A stretch of 63,658 nucleotides of DNA, filler included, from Octopus bimaculoides (GCF_001194135.2; 9 parts of 8 records of this genome joined end to end with filler, not necessarily neighbours in it), one strand, 5' to 3'. Positions 1 through 11,559 are shown, counted from the whole stretch's first letter. Translations and numbers: made by a program. The notes: a model not told the origin generated them from the letters alone.

Positions 1-57
<57 letters not shown>

Positions 58-123
58 AAGTGAAAGGAAGAGGAGGAGGTGAACTGTGATGGAGGAAAAA
101 GAGGAGACAGAGGTAGTACGTAC

Positions 124-377
124 CTTAACGTTGACTGTTACTGTCGATGTCAAAGAATCCTTTGAATCTCGTGGGTTGTCTTTAACAAAAACTGTTAATT
201 TGAGGAAGGAATTAAAATTCTCCAGAGATTCATAATCCAAGATACTCTTTATTTTAATTCTTCCGTCTGGTCTAATTTCAAATTTGTCCGAAGATGCAGT
301 ACTTTGAAAATGCATTGAGATATATCCATTCCTACCTTCATCCATATCCTGACATTTTATCGAAATGGCGTCACTTC
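124..377 (-). CDS. Cadherin exon D (rest of EC3); not in the ORF track; gene continues left of the window
   Basis: Acceptor tttatcttacag|, donor |gtacgt; 254 nt, phase 1 to 0. Encodes SDAISIKCQDMDEGRNG...ILDYESL...LTVFVKD...VTVNVK with DxDxGxN and LDYE motifs. Confidence 0.93.
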
Positions 378-814
378 CTGTAAGATAAAAATTTTGATAT
401 TGCTTTATAACATTATTTACTTTGAATATTAAGAAATAGCGGAAGTAGTGGGAGTGACAGGACATTATACAACCTACAGATATCCTTGTAACATTACTCG
501 TATTCATATAACTTGTGTCTGTGTGAAGGTTTATGTATACCACACCTTCAGCTCTAGTTGTTGAAGAAAAGCTGATTTCATTTACATAACTTACCTGTAT
601 TCTAATCTTTAAAAATGATGACAACCTCTCTTCCAGAATTTTCTAGGCGAAATGAAGATTAATAGAATTTGAGCTCAGAAGAGAAGATACTTGAGGCGCG
701 GGTGTGACTCATTGGTTAGAAACTTGCTTCCCAAGTACGTGGTTTTGAGTTCAGTTCCACTGTGTTGCACCTTGAGCAAGTGTCATCTACTATAGTCTCA
801 CTGAATACTGAACC

Positions 815-1413
815 CAGTATTCAGTTGGTAATTTTATCGACCTCGTAAGGATGAAAGGCAAAGTCGACCTAGTGGAATTTGAACTCGGAATGTGATGAAT
901 CTGAAGAAATGCCGCTAACTATTTTTCCGACGTGCTAACGATTCGACTAGCTGACTCCCTTTCTGTTTAAATGATATTTTCTTTCTAATTTTTGGCAAAC
1001 GGTCAACGATTTTGAGGAAATGGGCTGCTAAGTCGATTACATCGACCCCCAGTGCTCAACTGGTACTTATTTTGTCGACCCCGAAAGGATGAAAGACAAA
1101 GTCGACCTGGGCGGAATTTGAACTCAGAACGTATGGATGGTGGAAATGCCGTTAAGCATTTTGCCCGGCGTGCTAACGATTCTGCCAGCTCAACGCCTTT
1201 TTGGCCAAATATAATATTGATTTCAAATTTTGACACAAGGCCAGTAAATTCCAAAGGAGGGGCTAAGTCGATAACATCGAACTCAGAGTTCAACTGGTGC
1301 ATAGTTTATCGACCCCAGAAAGGATGAAAGGCAAAGTCGACCTCAGTGGAATTTGAACTCAGAACATAAAGACGGACGAAATGCCACGAAGCAGTTTACC
1401 AGCTCGCCGCCTT
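815..1413 (-). mobile_element. Three tandem family-2 SINEs in the cadherin C-D intron
   Basis: Three gaaaggatgaaaggcaaagtcgacc...gaatttgaactcagaa units. Other family-2 copies at about 6205-6352, 13765-13960, 18370-18800 (two), 19410-19558, 30815-31020, 33905-34090, 45036-45206, 49540-49745 and 57240-57462. Confidence 0.85.
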
Positions 1414-1448
1414 TTTGACCAAATATATTAATAATTAAAGTGACTCAC

Positions 1449-1685
1449 CTATAGATACGTCCTCGTTGATCTCTACCATGTAAGTATCCGGAGTACATTT
1501 CGGAGCATTATCATTGATGTCAATGATGGTGATATTTAACCGGTTGCTGTCCGTGTGGTTAGCCAAATCTGTTACAGTCAATAACAGCTTATCGTAGTAT
1601 TTTTTATCAATATCTCGATCGAATTTCGCAGAAGTTTGGATATCAATGACGCTTTTACTAATGGAAAATTTATTACTGTCATCAC
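1449..1685 (-). CDS. Cadherin exon C (end of EC2, start of EC3)
   Basis: Acceptor ttgttccag|, donor |gtgagt; 237 nt, phase 1 to 1. Encodes DDSNKFSI...KFDRD...ITIIDINDNAPKCTPDTYMVEINEDVSI(G) with DRD and DINDNAP motifs. Confidence 0.95.
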
Positions 1686-2886
1686 CTGGAACAAACGGTA
1701 ACATAAGGACAAAATTAATCCACTTATTTTTCTTACCCCTTTTTTTTCTAGCTACATCAGCTAGGGATTGGTAAAGGGACTGTTTGGGGAAGGGCCTATC
1801 TGGTAAGGAGTCTGTCTGGTAAAGGGCCAGTATGATAAAAAGTCTTGTACCTGTTTCCGTTTCTTACAAATGTTTTGTATCCTTGGTCAAAATATTTAAC
1901 AACCGCTTCTAACACTGTCTCTTACTCTTAAGTAAATACAGTCAAATGATTGTTTTAAGTAACATGATATGGGTTTAAGGTAGCAAACTATGAGTTCAGG
2001 AAGATTTAGCTGCTATTTCTAACAAATCAAGCTGTACTTTACGTTCCCTCGTTTTGTGGTACCATTGTTGCCTAACACCAAGTCAGATCGATAAACAAGC
2101 ATTTTCTAGCCGTTCCCATCCACTCTTTTTCTCGGGTATAGTAAGTACATAGGTACATCAAGGACTATATTATCCAATATGTCCATCCACCATTTCAAAG
2201 ATTGTTGAAGGAGATTTGAGAGGTATTTGGTTTTTAGTTTTAGCAGATTAAGCGACCCCATAAAAGCATTCACGTTGGTTCCATGTGGCACAGTTGTTCT
2301 GTTCTTAGTATTTGCTATCTCGACGTCAAGTCTTGAGCAAAACACTTTATTTCACGTTGCTCCAGTCCACTCGGCAGGCAAAAAAATCGACTTAACCCCT
2401 TCCTCGAATTTGCTAGCATTGTGCCAAAATTTGAAATTGGTATTATATTTTGAACGAATAAATATATTTACGATACGTTTTATGTTGACTTTAACTTATT
2501 TCATAAACTACGACATTACTTTTCAGAACCCCTAATATGTGGAATAAGCTCTCAGAAGCTACAAGTAAAATTTGGGGGCTGGAATGCAGGCATTTAAAAC
2601 TCGAAAGCGTAAACACCCTGTGTGACCCACCTTCACAAAGCAGTGAACTATGGATTGGTGGTCTGCTCATGAATAGATCGAAGACAAAGTAATTGTTTCT
2701 AAGTTTCTAACTCAAAGAGTATATCACATTCCTGTTAAATGAGTATTCAGCTCCTTAATAGTCGTTCTTTTTACAAGAAATATCAGCTAAATCTAGATCT
2801 CGCACAGATAGCATTCTACTGAAGAATATTTTGGATATGATAATTTTTGGATACACTATACCTGGGATGAAAAGACGTCACTATAT

Positions 2887-2923
<37 letters not shown>

Positions 2924-2987
2924 AGAGTATTTAACGTCGACAGATTCAGAAAAACCAGAAGCATCATCCGTTACCATTGTTTCTTAC

Positions 2988-3184
2988 CTGATAGAGAGTA
3001 TCTCAGCTCATCATCGGCATCGTCATCTACAGCTGAAAGAGATTTGAAAATAACACTTTCACCCACGGGCTGCTCTTCTTTCACATAACCGCGAAACGAA
3101 CCAGAAAGCACCGGTTTGTTATCGTTTATATTCGTCACTTGGATTTGGAAACTGCACTCTACTGTAGTATAACTGTCGCTCACT
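2988..3184 (-). CDS. Cadherin exon B (end of EC1, start of EC2)
   Basis: Acceptor ttgtttcag|, donor |gtaaga; 197 nt, phase 2 to 1. Encodes VSDSYTTVECSFQIQVTNINDNKPVL...VKEEQPVG...AVDDDADDELRYSLS(G) with the xINDNxP calcium linker. Confidence 0.93.
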
Positions 3185-4483
3185 CTGAAACAAAGCGGAA
3201 ATACATTTTTGTAGTGTATATGTGTTGATGTATACATACACTCACTAAACAGATTATATATACATGCACGCGTACACGCATTTATACGCTTAGACGCACA
3301 CATATATATATTCAAAATACACACATGAAGCAGTGAGGGTCAAAATTACGGGTGCATTTATTTATAACACGTTCCTGAACACACGAATGTGAAAATTGCA
3401 TTCGTTGAGAAATTTCCTGTGGGACAATGTTAGGTAATTTTGCGTGTTTTGTGTAAAATGATAAGACAACGCCTGCTGACGCTATCAGACTATCATACAC
3501 TTGTGTTTCCGTGTAATTTTGCCTTCTCAGTAGCAGACACCAAGTCGGTCCTTTAGAGATGTTTAGGAACTTCTGTTCCTATACAGAAATCAGTAAACAA
3601 AACATTAAATATAAAATCACACAGTTGATGGCCCGATAACTTCTGGCACGTTACATTTTATTTAATCAAGAAGATGAGAAGCGAAGTCAACAACATGGGG
3701 AACTGAACTTAGGAAAGAATTTTAAAGATTAAACATAGTAAAGCACTTAGTTCAATACCGTACTCTTTCACCTTCCCAAAACTTAATAATATCAGGAACG
3801 TAGAAAGATAAAATTGACCATGGAGGGATTTGATCCCAATACATGAAGGAACCTAACGAGAAACAAAGTATTTAGTCTTATGCTCGACCAATTCTGCGAT
3901 CCACCGTGGTATATTTTCTTTTTGTATAAATCTATCAGGAAGGAGCAGTACTCATGCATTTTATAGGCCCATTCTGACAGAAGAGATAGATGCGAAGGGT
4001 GCCCTGTTTCTACACCGGCAGAGCGCTACTTGCAAGGAAAGCATGAGCGGTGGTTTCTGGCCGAAACGTGCCCCTGAAAGTACCTAAGGACAAAGCTGCG
4101 GTATTAAACTGGACAGCATACTAGTCTTGAAAATCATTCTAAATACCTGGATGCAGGTGTACGCATGTCTACTATGTGGCATATGCACTCTTGAACACAT
4201 GTACGATTAACACGTACGCCAAACACCTGTGATTAAACATAAACAATATGTACCACACAGAAACCTACCGGAGAACCTCTACACGGTGTTTCGACCAGTT
4301 AGAAATAACTGCTGAAATTTTCCACTCAAATTAGATCCTACTGACTTAAGGTCTCATTAGCCAATGTAGTCCTACATAGCAGTAAAGAGACAGAGTTATA
4401 ACTGAGATGTATTTCACAATAGGTCCATTTGATAAGTACTAGCCTAGGGTTAAATAACAACAAAATGCACACAGAATACTTAC

Positions 4484-4718
4484 TCCAAAGTTAAATCATG
4501 CATTCTGTCTCCGGTGACCTCATAATCAAACTCTCGAGCGGTCATCAAATTTTTGCCGTCTAGATAGAAGTTGGAGCCGAATTGTTGAAGACGATAATTC
4601 AACTGGTCATAAGTTGGATTTTCTACGACAGCACTGAAAATGATACCAGGTTCCGTATTTTCAGATATTTTGATAACTTGGAAATTGGTTGGTCTTATGA
4701 TTTTCAGAGATGATAAAA
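4484..4718 (-). CDS. Cadherin-superfamily gene, exon A (most 5' exon found; most of EC1)
   Basis: Acceptor ttttttcacag|, donor |gtaagt; 235 nt, phase 1 to 2. Encodes LSSLKIIRPTNFQVIKISENTEPG...AREFDYE...HDLTL(E) with cadherin xEN and FDYE motifs. Splices in frame to exon B. Confidence 0.88.
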
Positions 4719-5072
4719 CTGTGAAAAAATCAAAATAGCACTCTGTGTTCAAAAATGGGTTAGCTACGGAATGAAGTGAGGTTCAAGTTCAGTTACATTC
4801 TACCGAGTAGCACCACTTTACCTTCGGTTTCATGTGAGATTTTCGTGGAAAACAGAAATTGTAGGATTGAAACTGAAGTCAAGTGATTGTAAAACGAGTT
4901 TCTTAATCACACAGCCAAATGATAAATATTTGTCATTTGAAAATTTAAATCTAATTTTATCATTTTGTACAAGCAACAATAAAATTTCATAGTTTAAGGA
5001 TAATTATTGTATAAATTACGTTTATGCATTTCTTTTGCAAGATTCCTGATGTGAAATCGTGTGTTGAAACAA

Positions 5073-5305
5073 ATATTGCTATATTTGGGGATGGTCATAT
5101 TTTTGCCGTTCCTGTGAATGGACTAAAGTGAACAGGAGGAGATACGTGAGATGGAAAATCGCTGAAGAGGTCACAGGACGTGTTACGAAAGATTTCAGAC
5201 AAAGGACACTAAAATAAGAACAAAAATAAAGCTAAAATGAAGACCAAGTGTATAATGCATGTGATTATTTGGTAAAAACACGACCATTCCCAAATATAAC
5301 AATAT
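5073..5305 (+). mobile_element. Small element with 24-bp inverted repeats and a hammerhead remnant (5154-5196)
   Basis: IR 5073-5096/5282-5305 with 2 mismatches. Internal gaaaatc-g-CTGAAGA-ggtcac-aggac-gtgttac-GAAA-gatttc lacks stem III and a cleavage triplet. Confidence 0.5.
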
Positions 5306-5509
5306 GTATAAATATATTTTTTAGCAGTTTAAAAATGTTTGAGACGTATTCGATACCGTAAACAGTTCGCTCACTGCATTTTGTCATAGAAAACGGTGTA
5401 AACACATCACACCAGTTCTGATCATCCTCTACCCAGATCAATAAGAAGCATGTATTTGGAAGTAATTATCTTCTCATTAGTATCAACACTGGAAAGAGAG
5501 GCGACAGTG

Positions 5510-5552
5510 AACTGACTACAAGACTAGGCCTCTCTTATGGTTCTGATTGGTT
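5510..5552 (-). promoter_or_regulatory. Possible core promoter facing the cadherin (CCAAT box plus Inr)
   Basis: Minus strand AACCAATCAG (5552-5543) and TCAGTT (5515-5510) in a locally CpG-rich patch; no matching signal-peptide exon found. Confidence 0.2.
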
Positions 5553-5556
5553 GCGT

Positions 5557-5661
5557 TAACCGGCTGCCCGGCCGTAGTATAATACGGATTAGAAGCGCTA
5601 AGTAACAAGTTTATATTAAATAAATCACTGCTTGGCGCTTCTAATCCGTATTAGCCGGTTA
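5557..5661 (+). ncRNA. Long hairpin, pre-miRNA-like or foldback remnant
   Basis: 19-bp perfect IR 5580-5598/5635-5653, extended inward by G-U pairs, plus an outer stem taaccggct/agccggtta. Confidence 0.35.
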
Positions 5662-5693
5662 GTGGCTCCAGTCCAAGTATTTTATATATATAT

Positions 5694-5747
<54 letters not shown>

Positions 5748-6073
5748 GTGTGTGTGTATACATACACACACATAGGCATGCACATACGAGCGCGCGCACA
5801 CACACACATGTATATATGTATATATATATACATGTACATGCGTACACATATGTATACAGATATATTGGTATATTTGCGCATGTATACATGGTTAATCAAC
5901 ATTTCCTTGTGGAATATTTACATATAATGTATGTATGCGTATGTGCATGTGTAGGCTCGCGTGTGTTTGCGTTTGCGCGCGCGTGTGTACGCTTGAGGTG
6001 AGTGAAAGAGGTGTATATGTGTACGTATGCATGTATACGACGTGTGTAAAAAAGATACTTAGAAATGGAGAGG

Positions 6074-6154
<81 letters not shown>

Positions 6155-7363
6155 TGTTGTGCCGAGATCGAGTAGATCAATATTATAATAAAATGTTAGT
6201 AGGGTTTCAAAGGCAGCGAATTAGCAGAATCGTTAGCACACCGGACAAAATACTTTGCAGTATTATGTTCGTCTTTACGTTCTGAGTTCAAATTCCGCCA
6301 GGGTCAACTTTACCTTTCACCCTTTTAGGGTCGCTTAAGTAAGTACCAGTCGNNNNNNNNNNNNNNNNNNNNNNNNNNNNNNNNNNNNNNNNNNNNNNNN
6401 NNNNNNNNNNNNNNNNNNNNNNNNNNNNNNNNNNNNNNNNNNNNNNNNNNNNNNNNNNNNNNNNNNNNNNNNNNNNNNNNNNNNNNNNNNNNNNNNNNNN
6501 NNNNNNNNNNNNNNNNNNNNNNNNNNNNNNNNNNNNNNNNNNNNNNNNNNNNNNNNNNNNNNNNNNNNNNNNNNNNNNNNNNNNNNNNNNNNNNNNNNNN
6601 NNNNNNNNNNNNNNNNNNNNNNNNNNNNNNNNNNNNNNNNNNNNNNNNNNNNNNNNNNNNNNNNNNNNNNNNNNNNNNNNNNNNNNNNNNNNNNNNNNNN
6701 NNNNNNNNNNNNNNNNNNNNNNNNNNNNNNNNNNNNNNNNNNNNNNNNNNNNNNNNNNNNNNNNNNNNNNNNNNNNNNNNNNNNNNNNNNNNNNNNNNNN
6801 NNNNNNNNNNNNNNNNNNNNNNNNNNNNNNNNNNNNNNNNNNNNNNNNNNNNNNNNNNNNNNNNNNNNNNNNNNNNNNNNNNNNNNNNNNNNNNNNNNNN
6901 NNNNNNNNNNNNNNNNNNNNNNNNNNNNNNNNNNNNNNNNNNNNNNNNNNNNNNNNNNNNNNNNNNNNNNNNNNNNNNNNNNNNNNNNNNNNNNNNNNNN
7001 NNNNNNNNNNNNNNNNNNNNNNNNNNNNNNNNNNNNNNNNNNNNNNNNNNNNNNNNNNNNNNNNNNNNNNNNNNNNNNNNNNNNNNNNNNNNNNNNNNNN
7101 NNNNNNNNNNNNNNNNNNNNNNNNNNNNNNNNNNNNNNNNNNNNNNNNNNNNNNNNNNNNNNNNNNNNNNNNNNNNNNNNNNNNNNNNNNNNNNNNNNNN
7201 NNNNNNNNNNNNNNNNNNNNNNNNNNNNNNNNNNNNNNNNNNNNNNNNNNNNNNNNNNNNNNNNNNNNNNNNNNNNNNNNGTGTGTGTGTGTGTGTGTAA
7301 ATATATAAAAATAAAAAGATAAAGAGAGCAATGGTAAGGTTGGAGAAGTATTTTATGGATAGA

Positions 7364-7412
7364 GTCTTACAGCTGTTTCTGGGAAGATCCAGTACTTCCC
7401 TTCATCGGAGAC
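7364..7412 (-). ncRNA. Mirror-copy hammerhead motif in left arm of the foldback element
   Basis: Reverse complement matches 7950-7997 except one extra A before GAAA. Confidence 0.6.
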
Positions 7413-7949
7413 AGAAAAAATAAAGTAATCTATTATTATATCCATTGGCGGATATTTTTAGCATGAAGTGGTAAAGAGTGTGATGTGCTGAAAAAAGAGG
7501 GAACAGTACTTGAAGTGTAGTTTCATTCCAGTAGTAAATATCCGTGTAGAAATCCGTGTAAAGTAATCCTTGTGGGGATAATCCGGAAATATATGTTGGA
7601 GCGAAGGTTGATATAGCGAAGGTTGATATAGCATAGATATTTACTTGAAGAATGGCCAAGAATGGCCACTTGACTTGGCCATTCTTCAAGTAAACAAGCA
7701 AAAAATCCATCGCAGTATGGCATATATTTACTTCTGCTATCTATGCTATATCAACCTTCGCTCCAACATATATTTCCGGATTATCCCCACAAGGATTACT
7801 TTACACGGATTTCTACACGGATATTTACTACTGGAATGAAACTACACTTCAAGTACTGTTCTCTCTTTTTTCAGCGCATCACACTCTTTACCACTTCGTA
7901 CTAAAAATATCCGCCAATGGATATAATAATAGACTACTTTATTTTTTCT

Positions 7950-7997
7950 GTCTCCGATGAAGGGAAGTACTGGATCTTCCCGAAACAGCTGTAAGAC
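7950..7997 (+). ncRNA. Minimal type I hammerhead ribozyme motif (U4C core)
   Basis: GUCU | CCGAUGA | A | GGGAAG-uacuggau-CUUCCC | GAAA | CAGCUG | UA^ | AGAC. Stem I 4 bp, stem II 6 bp, palindromic stem III, predicted GUA cleavage after 7993. Confidence 0.7.
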
Positions 7998-8257
7998 TCT
8001 ATCCATAAAATATATTTCCAACTTTACCATTGCTCTCTTTATCCTTTTATATATTTATACATACACACGCTAATACACGACTTATAATCCCCAATCCTGT
8101 TCATACAACGATTGGGGCAAACTAATCGGTATACAGCACTTACTCGGTATTACCTGTATCCTCCGGGGTTTGGTTAAATCCAATACCCTCCTCAACCTTA
8201 TATATATATATATNNNNNNNNNNNNNNNNNNNNNNNNNNNNNNNNNNNNNNNNNNNN

Positions 8258-8269
8258 TTAATTAATTAA
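8258..8269. other. Assembly artefact: TTAATTAATTAA spacer centred in a 100-nt gap (44 N + 12 + 44 N)
   Basis: Same construct at 16440, 22901, 27050, 44980, 49174, 55726 and 62369. Palindromic, with stops in all six frames. Confidence 0.95.
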
Positions 8270-8424
8270 NNNNNNNNNNNNNNNNNNNNNNNNNNNNNNN
8301 NNNNNNNNNNNNNTAATTAAACACAAAAAGAAAACAAAAAAAACACACACATGAACAAATAAATAAATAAAAACAAATACAAACGAACACGTATTAACAG
8401 AGAATATAGGTGATACAGACACTC

Positions 8425-8460
<36 letters not shown>

Positions 8461-9002
8461 TAAATACATATATAATGTATAGACTGTTATAATCTACTCT
8501 GTGCCTTGCAATGGAACTGAATCCAGAACCATGTGGTTGAGAAGCTAACTTTATATCACACAGCCATGCCTGCACCTATATATACAATACACACACACAC
8601 ACACACATATATATATAATGTATAGACTGTCATAAGCCATTCTGTGGCTTATAACGATGAGGGTTCCAGCTGATCTAATCAATGGAACAACCGGCTCATG
8701 AAATTAATATGCATGTGCCTGAGCACAGAAAAAAAACAGAGTACAAATCTTAAACAATTTTCTTCTTTCTTTTTTTCTTANNNNNNNNNNTCTTTTATAT
8801 GATGAAACAATACATAGTTTGTGATCCTTCTTAAGAACAGGAAGCACTTTCATGCAAACCCATGCAAATTGTACCCTCCCCCTTTCACTGTTAAACGAAC
8901 AATAACTTCCATTACACCAGAAATCCAGTTCACTATATATCAGCTGTGCCAATTCTGCCCATAAGAAAGGAACAAATAATACAATGTGGCTGTAGGTCGT
9001 AA

Positions 9003-9033
9003 CATCCTGGCAACGCCAGGATGCATTGCTAGT
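9003..9033 (+). mobile_element. Helitron-type 3' terminus
   Basis: 9-bp hairpin catcctggc-aac-gccaggatg, then 5 nt, then CTAG|T. 5' end not located. Confidence 0.6.
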
Positions 9034-9313
9034 ACATATGTATATATTTGTGTGTTTGTGTTTGTTGCCCCCCACCATCACTTGACAACTGATGTTGGTG
9101 TGTTTACATCACTTAGCAGTTCAGTAAAAGAGACTGATAGAATTAATTAGTACTAGGCTTACAAAGAATAAGTCCTGGGGTTGATTTGTTCGACTAAAGG
9201 TAGTGCTCCAGCATGGCCACAGTTAAATGACTGAAACAAGTAAAAGAATAAAAGAACATATATATGTATGTATATGTATATATGCGTATGTGTGTGTATG
9301 TGTGTGTGTGTGC

Positions 9314-9356
<43 letters not shown>

Positions 9357-9827
9357 NNNNNNNNNNNNNNNNNNNNNNNNNNNNNNNNNNNNNNNNNNNN
9401 NNNNNNNNNNNNNNNNNNNNNNNNNNNNNNNNNNNNNNNNNNNNNNNNNNNNNNNNNNNNNNNNNNNNNNNNNNNNNNNNNNNNNNNNNNNNNNNNNNNN
9501 NNNNNNNNNNNNNNNNNNNNNNNNNNNNNNNNNNNNNNNNNNNNNNNNNNNNNNNNNNNNNNNNNNNNNNNNNNNNNNNNNNNNNNNNNNNNNNNNNNNN
9601 NNNNNNNNNNNNNNNNNNNNNNNNNNNNNNNNNNNNNNNNNNNNNNNNNNNNNNNNNNNNNNNNNNNNNNNNNNNNNNNNNNNNNNNNNNNNNNNNNNNN
9701 NNNNNNNNNNNNNNNNNNNNNNNNNNNNNNNNNNNNNNNNNNNNNNNNNNNNNNNNNNNNNNNNNNNNNNNNNNNNNNNNNNNNNNNNNNNNNNNNNNNN
9801 NNNNNNNNNNNNNNNNNNNNNNNNNNN

Positions 9828-9893
<66 letters not shown>

Positions 9894-10743
9894 GTGCATG
9901 TGTGCAACAGGTTTCTGTGCTATCAATTTCTTCTCGTGAGGTATATTGTTCTCATTTTCAGGTTAGAAAACATTTGCTGAAGAAGTCACACACAGTGGGA
10001 GTGAACCTGAAATCTCATAGCTGCCAAATGAACATGTTAACCACACCAGCCAAGCCTGTGCGCTTATGTTATATTTACTCACCCACCACCAAAACCACCA
10101 CCACCACCACCAAAACCACCACCACCACCGGCACCACTGTCCCTTTCTCTCTGCTATTTTCTAAAGGACACTGGTTTATTTATAGTGTAGCATGGTGCTA
10201 TTGTAAATAATGAGTATCTGAGATAAATCTGGACGGAATGGTGTTGATGCCAGAGTTTCTCAGTCTTTTGGTCCCTCAGTAATTTCTATTCCACATTACC
10301 TGTCATTACAGCACACCTTTTCATCAATCATGTCTTACCTTCATCGTATTTTAGTCTTCATTTAGCCTTTCTCTTTCTATCTCTCTTCCTCTGTTTTCTC
10401 TCACTTACTTACTCTCTCTCTCTCTCACTCACTCACTCATTCACTCTTTCTGTCTCCCTCTTTTTCTCTCTCAAGCTTTAGCAGTCTTAAATTTCTTTCT
10501 TGAGGTCCTCTCTTACTCTATTTCCTCTCCTTCTCTAAATCTCTCTTCAGTCTCCTCTTTTACCACCACTCTTTCTCCCGCACTTTCTCTCTCTATTTCT
10601 CTCACTCTCTCTCTCTCTTTCTATCCTTCTATATCTTTCTTTCTCTCTTTCTTCCTCCATTACAGCCTTCAAATCACTGAATAAATATATCATCCTTTAG
10701 CAATTTTGCTACATTGTTATTACCACCACCACCACCACCACTT

Positions 10744-10777
<34 letters not shown>

Positions 10778-11559
10778 CACCACCACTGCCCTCACCACCA
10801 CTNNNNNNNNNNNNNNNNNNNNNNNNNNNNNNNNNNNNNNNNNNNNNNNNNNNNNNNNNNNNNNNNNNNNNNNNNNNNNNNNNNNNNNNNNNNNNNNNNN
10901 NNNNNNNNNNNNNNNNNNNNNNNNNNNNNNNNNNNNNNNNNNNNNNNNNNNNNNNNNNNNNNNNNNNNNNNNNNNNNNNNNNNNNNNNNNNNNNNNNNNN
11001 NNNNNNNNNNNNNNNNNNNNNNNNNNNNNNNNNNNNNNNNNNNNNNNNNNNNNNNNNNNNNNNNNNNNNNNNNNNNNNNNNNNNNNNNNNNNNNNNNNNN
11101 NNNNNNNNNNNNNNNNNNNNNNNNNNNNNNNNNNNNNNNNNNNNNNNNNNNNNNNNNNNNNNNNNNNNNNNNNNNNNNNNNNNNNNNNNNNNNNNNNNNN
11201 NNNNNNNNNNNNNNNNNNNNNNNNNNNNNNNNNNNNNNNNNNNNNNNNNNNNNNNNNNNNNNNNNNNNNNNNNNNNNNNNNNNNNNNNNNNNNNNNNNNN
11301 NNNNNNNNNNNNNNNNNNNNNNNNNNNNNNNNNNNNNNNNNNNNNNNNNNNNNNNNNNNNNNNNNNNNNNNNNNNNNNNNNNNNNNNNNNNNNNNNNNNN
11401 NNNNNNNNNNNNNNNNNNNNNNNNNNNNNNNNNNNNNNNNNNNNNNNNNNNNNNNNNCCACCACCACCACCACCACCGCCACCACCACTACAACTCTTAT
11501 TAGCTAGATTACACTGCTGCTGTTTTAAGGATGTTCTTATGGAGGTGTGCCCTTCTATA

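Larger units (their letters stand above)
7299..8058. mobile_element. About 760-bp foldback element (arms about 7299-7639 and 7738-8058)
   Basis: Arms are near-perfect reverse complements with few, mostly transition, differences; left arm has a 15-bp tandem duplication. Spacer holds a 21-bp perfect hairpin (7640-7660/7674-7694). One hammerhead per arm. Confidence 0.9.

Noticed and set aside
2831-3088. Poly-Q ORF on the plus strand
   Set aside because: A (CAA)n microsatellite, partly antisense to cadherin exon B.
4040-4080. GGCCGAAACGTG as a hammerhead 3' half
   Set aside because: No CUGANGA core, G at the cleavage position, and no stem I.
5360-5455. Short ATG-initiated phase-1 exons near the putative Inr (MLLIDL|, MTKC|)
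   Set aside because: Neither gives a credible signal peptide when joined to exon A.
7523-7839. Pair of near-identical ORFs on opposite strands
   Set aside because: A by-product of the foldback arms; no coding features.
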